NCBI GenBank assembly: GCA_951406725.2
Contig: OX597820.1
Coordinates: 119,970,001 to 120,034,000, forward strand
From: Octopus vulgaris
Lineage: Eukaryota
Length of the DNA: 64,000 nt
Direction: 5' to 3'
Of the stretch, positions 55,337-64,000 are shown piece by piece; the stretch's first letter is position 1; the number at the start of each line of letters is the position of its first letter. The position numbers and the translations under genes are program-made. The notes under the pieces are model-generated. The model searched no databases, was not told where the DNA came from, and saw only the letters and a list, made by a program, of their open reading frames with translations.

Positions 55337-56496
55337 GCGATTCTTGCTATTACCGGCTCAACATAATGTTTTTTTTCTTCTGTACTATGTAATGCCTAAT
55401 GATAGCTAACGTTTGAATTCTAAAACAAAATTGTTTCGGTATATAGGTCATAGGGTGGATATTCAACTCAAATGATATTTATATAAACAAATGTACCTAG
55501 AGTAAATGGGGTTACTCAACCCGAGTGAAAATACTACAGTTTCTTCCACGTGTTAAGAATTTCCATCAACAAAAATATATTTCCTGTTACAACAAATATG
55601 ATAACTGACTATGAAACGAGATGCTAATAGGTATGAGGCATATTAACATAGGGCTGTGCGATAAGTTTCCATTCAGTTGTATTTGAATCCGAATTGAAAT
55701 TACCATCGCTCTTATTTAAAAGTAGAAATGGCTGGGAATAACTTAGTAGCGAACCTATACTGTCTGCAGTTCCACTTCTTCTCACATCATCCACCGACCA
55801 TAATAAACACCTAATCCATAGCAAGTGTAATGATATATGCAAAGAGATCTATTCTCAATGCGTTTACTTCTGTCAGCTAACATACAACAAATAGAGATTT
55901 ATGTATACGACCGTAAAGATATAGAGACAACACAAATAATATATCATGCGAGTCCATTGTTTGCGAAGTGGTTTTCCGGCACCGTATCAATATCGCATTC
56001 TCAATAAACATTGTCCTTCAGTATAGAATTCAACAAAGATCTGAAGGAAAAAAATCCTCTCACTCTCCACTGCTATAGCCATCCCCCAAGCATAGGAAAA
56101 CTATACCAAACCCCTAACACAATCACATGCATGTATAGCAAATATACTTGGAAACTGTATCGTACTATTTCGTTGCTGGCTCCACACCAAAGTTTAACAC
56201 TATCACTATGACCAACACAACAACATTAATAGCAGAAAAAAAATGCACGTTCCACACATTGCATCAAAGCATAATTGTCTAAAAGACTAAAAGATATCTC
56301 TCAGTACGTTCTTGGTGTTTGTTTTCTAGCGAATATTGATAGTTAAATTGGAAACATTGTTGTTGGAAACATAGAGGTGGCTACAAGTGATATCTTTCTA
56401 ACGAAACGTTCGAAAGAAGAAGCGGAAAACTACTTCCCTTCTTCTTTGCATTCATTGATTGGCTGCGTTCACTCTATCTCCCACAATCTCCTTCTT

Positions 56497-56605
<109 letters not shown>

Positions 56606-57262
56606 CACTTTTTTATTTCTTAGTATCTTACTCTCTTACTCCCACAGTTTTAGTCCAACATTTCCTCTCACTTCCCTCCTATGTAGTTTCACTTTCGTCA
56701 ACATTATGGCGTCAATATTAACTTGTTGGTTCTCAATGTATCCAATGGTCACACATGTATTTACTCCTCAACAAACATTCTCATTATATATCTTTCACAC
56801 AAACTCTTAATCTTACTCTCTCTCTCTCTCTCACTCTCACTCTCTTTATTTATCCCTTTCACTCTTACTCTTCCTTCAATTTTATACATTTTCCCCTGGC
56901 TTTCATCTATTTTCCAGTCTTGTTTTCTTAATGTCTCACATTGTAAATCATTCTCTATCGATATCTGTTTCTCTGCCTTTCTCCGACACTGTGAATAAAG
57001 GGGAGATCTACTGAAGTAGAACGCATCCTTCTTGGCAAGGATTCAAATTAATAATTACTCATACAATGAAGATCGTTTGATTTTTATCTCGAATATCAAA
57101 CAATCAAACAATAAAGATGATAGCTTTATGTACAAGACCTCTCCCTCTCTGTCACTCACTTTCCTTTCACAGCCGATGCAATTCCATACACATCCATATA
57201 TGTTTCGTGTGAGCGTGTCTGTGTGTCCTGTGTGTGTAAGTGTATAATTCCACGCACAGTTT

Positions 57263-57680
<418 letters not shown>

Positions 57681-58262
57681 ATGGTGTATGGTGGGTGCAG
57701 TCAAGACGCAGATATATGAGTAAATGAATTGCCTATATTTTGCGCGTGTTTAATATATTTCAAGATATACGCATTGACAGGCCATTAATCATTTTCGAGA
57801 TTACTGGCCACGGTTAAGTTAGTGGTATTCCAACATGGCGTAATACAAGTAAATAATTAATCCTAGAATAGCACAAGCGTTGAGGCTCCAGTCGAGGTGT
57901 ACACGAGAGTACTCTGGACCAAATTCGCGTCACCCCATACAGTCCTTCATAAAGGTATTTTAGAAAAAAAAACAATTATAGATACCGATATATGTATGTA
58001 TGTATGTATGTATGCATGTATGTATGTATGTATGTATATATTTATATATATACACATACATCCATCCATCCATCCATACATACATACATACATATATAAC
58101 CCCACTAGAATGGGAGAAAGCGCTATTATATGATCTAAGTTATATGATGTATAAAAACATGTAATATACAAATAAATATCTGTAAATATAAAACCATCCG
58201 AATTTCTGAGTACCTCATTTCTTCTAATATAAAATACCTGTACATCATCTCCAAACCTTCTA

Positions 58263-58360
<98 letters not shown>

Positions 58361-58361
58361 A

Positions 58362-58462
<101 letters not shown>

Positions 58463-59054
58463 GTATATATGTGTGTATATAAGTATGTGTAAATTTGTGT
58501 ACGTGAGTGTGTGCATCTCTCTCTCTCTCTATCTCTGTCATCATGGCTAGCTATATTCTTACACGTATTCATGCATAAATTTCCATACCTACACCCATTC
58601 ATCTAAGGATGAATACGTACACCTAAGACGTCGCCTATACGAACGAGAAAGCTTATATAGCATGACTGTGTCAATTTAATCGCCATTTTTTTGCTTCACT
58701 AGTGTTACAAGGTCCGTTGATAAATCTTCAGAAAATCTTGTGATATCTAATACGAGGAGATACTCAAACAAATCCTTTTGATAGATCATTGTTAAGAATA
58801 ATACGATTCGACATCGTTGTTTGATGTTGCTATTTGGCCTGAAGTTCACAAGTAGCAGTTCTTATGTGATACAGACACTTACGTATTTAAATTGTCTTCA
58901 AATATTGTAAATAAGACACTGAATTTTAGGATCGTTGTTCGCATAAAAACTTCGGTGTGACTATTCATTAAGCAGAAACATACGTTTTCCCCCATGTCAA
59001 AATTTTCTAAAAAAAGAGGACGAAATCGTCGACAAGCTCCAGGGCATGAGACTT

Positions 59055-59067
59055 TTATTATTATTAC

Positions 59068-59145
<78 letters not shown>

Positions 59146-59226
59146 TATGATTATTATTATTATTATCATTATTATTATTATTATTATTTATATTATGCTT
59201 CTTCTTCTTCTTCTTCTTCTTCTTCC

Positions 59227-59282
<56 letters not shown>

Positions 59283-59303
59283 TGCTTCTTATTATTATTA
59301 TTA

Positions 59304-59346
<43 letters not shown>

Positions 59347-59510
59347 GATCATTATTACTATTATCATTACTAACAACATCGATAAGAACGACAACAACAT
59401 CGGCAGCTGCAGCAGCAGCAACAGTGACAACAACAAAACAACAACGAAAACAATACAAATAAAAATATGAGAAATAGCTTTGCAGCAGCAGCAGCAGCAG
59501 CAGCAGCCAA
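59055..59510. repeat. (ATT)n with (CTT)n, (AAC)n and (GCA)n blocks
   Basis: Direct tandem repeats. Confidence 0.95.
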
Positions 59511-59553
59511 GACCAAAGACTGATGTACTGTAGAGCTCACAAATGGGGAGCAG

Positions 59554-60180
59554 ATGCTTCCAAAGGAATACAAACTAATTAAACAAGAGAAAAATTGTGC
59601 AAATCTGACAATCCCGTCAAAGGCAATTGAAGCAGGGGAGAGAAAAACGATGCTTTTCAGATGCATGCCAGCAGACATAAAAAGAACAGCTTTGATATCC
59701 CAAGTAGACACTGACGTGGCGCTGAAGGGCATAAGAAATGGCATCGAATACATAGCGAAGGGCAAACAATTCGGCAACATTTCGGAGCTATTTAAATCAG
59801 AAGCCCTCGTTATCAAACACCCAAGGATCCCTCAAAATCAGCAAAGTCATCATGCACCCCTCCCATATGTGAACACGTGCAGCCCGTGTCTGCATTCCTA
59901 TAATCCCCCCAGGGATAGATATTTTGTGGCTTCTGGGATGCGAAATCTTGGAGGAGACTGATACTGTCCCTATAGAGGTGACAAGAACTGTCAGGGAGGA
60001 ATGGTCGGGGTTGACCTGGAGATATTTCTCCAGATCAGATCCGAAAACATCACAAAAATCTCGGACCGCATCTGCCCCCAGAACGTGACAGAGGGCAAAA
60101 GGCCTCATTGTTTCAACCACATTTTCATTTGGCTACTAGCGGCACCCTACGGCCTTCACTGCTGCCTATGCTGGGATGAG
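59554..60180 (+). mobile_element. Possible LINE ORF1 (gag-like) fragment
   Basis: Frameshifted coding-like stretch ending EGKRPHCF, resembling the lead-in to a zinc knuckle. Confidence 0.35.
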
Positions 60181-60289
60181 AACCACAAACATCACCAGAA
60201 CCAGCAAGTAGCAGCAACAACACCAAAGACATTAACCACCCTAGGGGGAAAAAGGAAAGCTTTCCCAACCCATAACATGTCTACCCCTG

Positions 60290-60900
60290 TCTGTCTTTTT
60301 CTTTTCCTCTATGGGCTTTTTTCTTTTGTCCCTCCCATTATGTTTCTTTTACTTGGTATCAACACCCATATTTTCTTCTACAACAATACTTGCTGCCTTG
60401 ATCAAATTACTTGCCTCTGTGATGTTTTTTTTTGTTCTGATGTAATTCAAAATTTCATTCACATTTTTCGTTTCTCCGTTCAGTTTCCACCGATCAATCT
60501 TTTAAAGGTTGCAAATAATGTCGCTACCATTCTCCTGTAACCTTGCCCTTATTCGGTCGTCGATTGCCTTTAGCCCACCTGTCATCTCACCATTTGTTTT
60601 ATTGTCGTCTTCCTAACCATCGATATGTCTCTCATCGAGCAAGCTATCACTGTTCCTTCCTTGTGGTTTATTAGAGATTTCACTTCTGTTTTCTGCTATG
60701 AGATGTTTTTATCAGCAAGAACTCTATTTTCATCGTTTCTTCTGCTGTTATTTTCCAATACCCCTCTTTTGATAGTTTCTAGCTGTACTCCTGTGAACCG
60801 AAGATTGTTTTTTTTCCTTATTGCTCTAGTTTGATCACATAATCTCTGTTCCGTGAGTTGAAACAATCCTCTTTCTCTCCATTGATCATACATACGTTGT
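60290..60900 (-). mobile_element. R4/Dong-like LINE N-terminal fragment beside (ATT)n
   Basis: TEQRLCDQTRAIRK...LETIKR, homologous to 27938-28444. Confidence 0.7.
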
Positions 60901-60907
60901 TGGTATA

Positions 60908-60958
<51 letters not shown>

Positions 60959-61198
60959 CATTATTATTCTATGTTTGACTTTTGTTTTATATTTGTATAA
61001 GTTGGCTCCAAGTCTCACCCAGAGATCTCAAGAGACAACAGGTTGGAAGTTCATGTTGTTGTTATGCCTAGTGTGCCCTATATTTGTTTTTTTTTTTTTG
61101 TGTTGTACTAGTGAATGTCTAATAAAAAAAAATTTTTGATTTAAACCTTGATATTACATAGAAAGTATTTTGCATAGGATATGAGCAGTTCCCATTAT

Positions 61199-61249
<51 letters not shown>

Positions 61250-62841
61250 ATTATTATTACTATTATTATTATTATTATTGCTTTTGATCGGAGTTGTTCC
61301 CATTTTTAGTCTTACCGTACGACATACACTGCCTAAGAGATCTGCTGCACTTTACAAACATTTCATCAAATTCTGACAACATCCATTCATTTAATGTGGC
61401 AACATGAGATTGTCGACATGTTTTGGACCAAACGCTCGTCAGTTTTATCCTACATTAGTCATGCAGCAAACAACATGAATTTATATATCTATATACACGC
61501 ATACATACACGTATATACCTGTATACATACATGTGTGTGTGTGTGTGTATGTCTGTGTGTCGGTGTGTGCGTGTGCATAAAGGCATTTTTGTATGTGAGT
61601 AGGTGCGTGTGTCTGGGTTTCTACGGTCACATGTGCAAGCTTAGAATTCGTGCGACTTTCTATTTTCGTGTGTAATTCGCGTAATGAAAATAAATATGCC
61701 TGTTAGAATCCATTGGCTTAATACTTTTGTCGTAGTTTGGAGACCACTAAACATTTCACATGGTCTGTTGTTTATACTGATTCAATATTTACATAACGAC
61801 TTATTCAAATTCTATTTAGATACGGACATTGACGAGTCCTCTCGACGCTCTTCGTTGCACGTCGACGAACTGACGGATGCTAGTATCTCTGACCAGTTTA
61901 TAAGATGGAACATAATATCATATATTCTCGGAACCAGAATATTATTATTTGTTTAGTTGTTGTTGTATTTTGCAGTCCCTCATTCTTAAGAATTTAAACA
62001 AGCATGTTTTCTTGTTTGGTTCTGAACATGGTATTAAGATAGTCATTTGTAGTTAATACTCAATTACTCTCCTGTAATTACGGCTCTGTCCAGTACGAGA
62101 CTATCTTGTTCAATTTACTGAACCAACAACTAACGTCAGCAACATGCCTTTACAATTCTGTGACAAGACGAATCTAAAGCAAATCCCCAGATGTGTATCA
62201 TCTCAATTTCTCTATGAAGACCGGACGTTGTAATTTATTTCCTTATGTTATTTCCTTAGTGTACAAGATGGATATAATATGACATTTTCGACTAACCGGA
62301 CACCGTATAGATGCTTCAATTGAAAATGATTGGATACTTAAAGTCATGTCACTCTTTCTTCTTCTTCATCTTCTTCCTCTCTCTCTCTCCCTCTCTCTCT
62401 TTCTCCCTCTCTCTCCCTCTGTCTTGTTCACTCACTAATTCACAATCTTTCGTCCTCTCCCAATTATACAAAATATTTATTTTATTTATTCCTTTATTTA
62501 CTTACGCTCTCTCTCTCCCTCTCTGTTGTGTACGGAAATATTCAGCGCGAGAAAACCGTGAATAAGCTGTTAGAATAATACTGAAAAACAACTGGCAATA
62601 TCAGTTTCAATGCTTAATGATATAAGTTCAAGTTTCAGACACGCCCGTATGCATTTTCAGCCGATATATATATACAACAGTAAATTATGAAATATGGATT
62701 AATTTTGAGCAATTTTCAGTCCATTTCTCTTGTTTAAACAATGTTCGTCTATCTATCTAAAGCAATCTCTTACGCCTAAATCACATCTAAATCACCGCAA
62801 AGCATAATCTACTGCCTTAAAGAGCGATTTGCAGCTTAACA

Positions 62842-63150
62842 GCGAAGGCGCGTGGCTTGGTGCTTAGGGCCATCGTCTCACGATCGTAATGACATGAGTT
62901 CGATTCATGGTAGTGTGTTGTCTTCTTGAGCAAGGCGCTCTATTTAACGTTGCTTCAGTTCACTCAGCTGGCCAAAATGATTTGCACGTGTATATCAAAT
63001 GTCCAGCCTTGTCATATTCTGTGTGATGCTGCGTGGCGTAGTTGTCCTTGAGAACTACGTTAAGAGTACACGTGTGCGTGGAGTGGTCAGCCATTTGCAT
63101 GTTAATTTCACGAGCAGGGGGGTTCGTTGATTGGAACATCTGCAACCCTC
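62842..63150 (+). mobile_element. tRNA-derived SINE, head-2/core + tail-A (degenerate)
   Basis: Reverse-complement match to 49845-50158. Confidence 0.8.
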
Positions 63151-63166
63151 GTGATAAACCTATACC

Positions 63167-63399
63167 TATTTCTTTACTACCCACAAGGGGCTAAACACAG
63201 AGAGGACAAACAAGGACAGACAAACGGATTAAGTCGATTATATTGACCCCAGTGCGTAACTAGTACTTATTTAATCGACCCCGGAAGGATGAAAAGCAAA
63301 GTCGACCTCGGCGGAATTTGAACTGAGAACGTAGCAGCAGACGAAATACGGCTACGCATTTCGCCCGGCGTGCTAACGTTTCTGCCAGCTCGCCGCCTT
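63167..63399 (-). mobile_element. SINE family D monomer with 16-bp TSD, inserted at the 3' end of the preceding SINE
   Basis: TSD GT(G/A)ATAAACCTATACC at 63151-63166 and 63400-63415. Confidence 0.92.
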
Positions 63400-64000
63400 G
63401 TAATAAACCTATACCACTTCACCATGTGCTGGAGTTGATTGGGTTACTGCATTCACGTTTTCTGTGGAAGCTTGCTCTATTTTTCGTATGTGTGTGGCTT
63501 GCGTTATCTGTCTCAGCTTCATGTCTTTTCTATATGTCGATAAGATTCTAACCTCTATGTTATCTACCGAAATCTCATACTGCAATTTACCTTGTCGTTA
63601 TAACACTTAGCAGGTTTTGTCTTGAGAACTAAAACATTCTTCTTGTTTGGTTCTAAACATGTTTTTAACTTAGTCATATGTAGTTAATACTTAATTAATC
63701 TTCTGTAGATCCTACCAGCGGTCAATTATCCTCTCACCTATGCTACGGGCCGTCGCTTCATTATACGCCGCTCTCATGTTTCTGCTGCATCTTTATGCAC
63801 GTCTTATACTATAGACTGAATTTCTGGATTTGCAGTTTATCCGTGGGCTTAGTCTACAAAGTATACAATTTCTATGCCTATAGGGTTCTTCTCAAAATTT
63901 ATTCTTCAGATCAGAGATTTTACTGCGATATATCGTATTCCCCACAACGTTCCTCTGTAGATTCATTCTACCTAAGTCTTTTCTAAACTGGTACATAAGT

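Noticed and set aside
55648-55760. Mariner-type mini-MITE
   Set aside because: Terminal repeats match weakly and there is only one copy

Overview
AT-rich, gene-poor animal genomic DNA, intergenic or deep intronic. The repeat repertoire resembles Octopus/cephalopod DNA; this is recalled, not searched. No host protein-coding gene is supported, and most supplied ORFs are translated microsatellites or SINEs. The window contains: (1) very abundant microsatellites; (2) four tRNA-derived SINE groups with swapped heads and tails; (3) decayed LINE fragments (R4/Dong-like and HERO-like RLE elements, a CR1-like RT); (4) a MITE carrying TTAGGG repeats, two Helitron-like elements and a mariner end; (5) about a dozen short Penelope-like element (PLE) relics, mostly in (TA)n tracts and often folded as asymmetric hairpins. 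The main signal is that many unrelated PLE-relic families, plus one tRNA-headed SINE, carry type I hammerhead ribozyme (HHR) motifs with palindromic helix III. Some cores are intact and one shows a compensatory U3-A8 core pair. All folding and alignments were done by eye.
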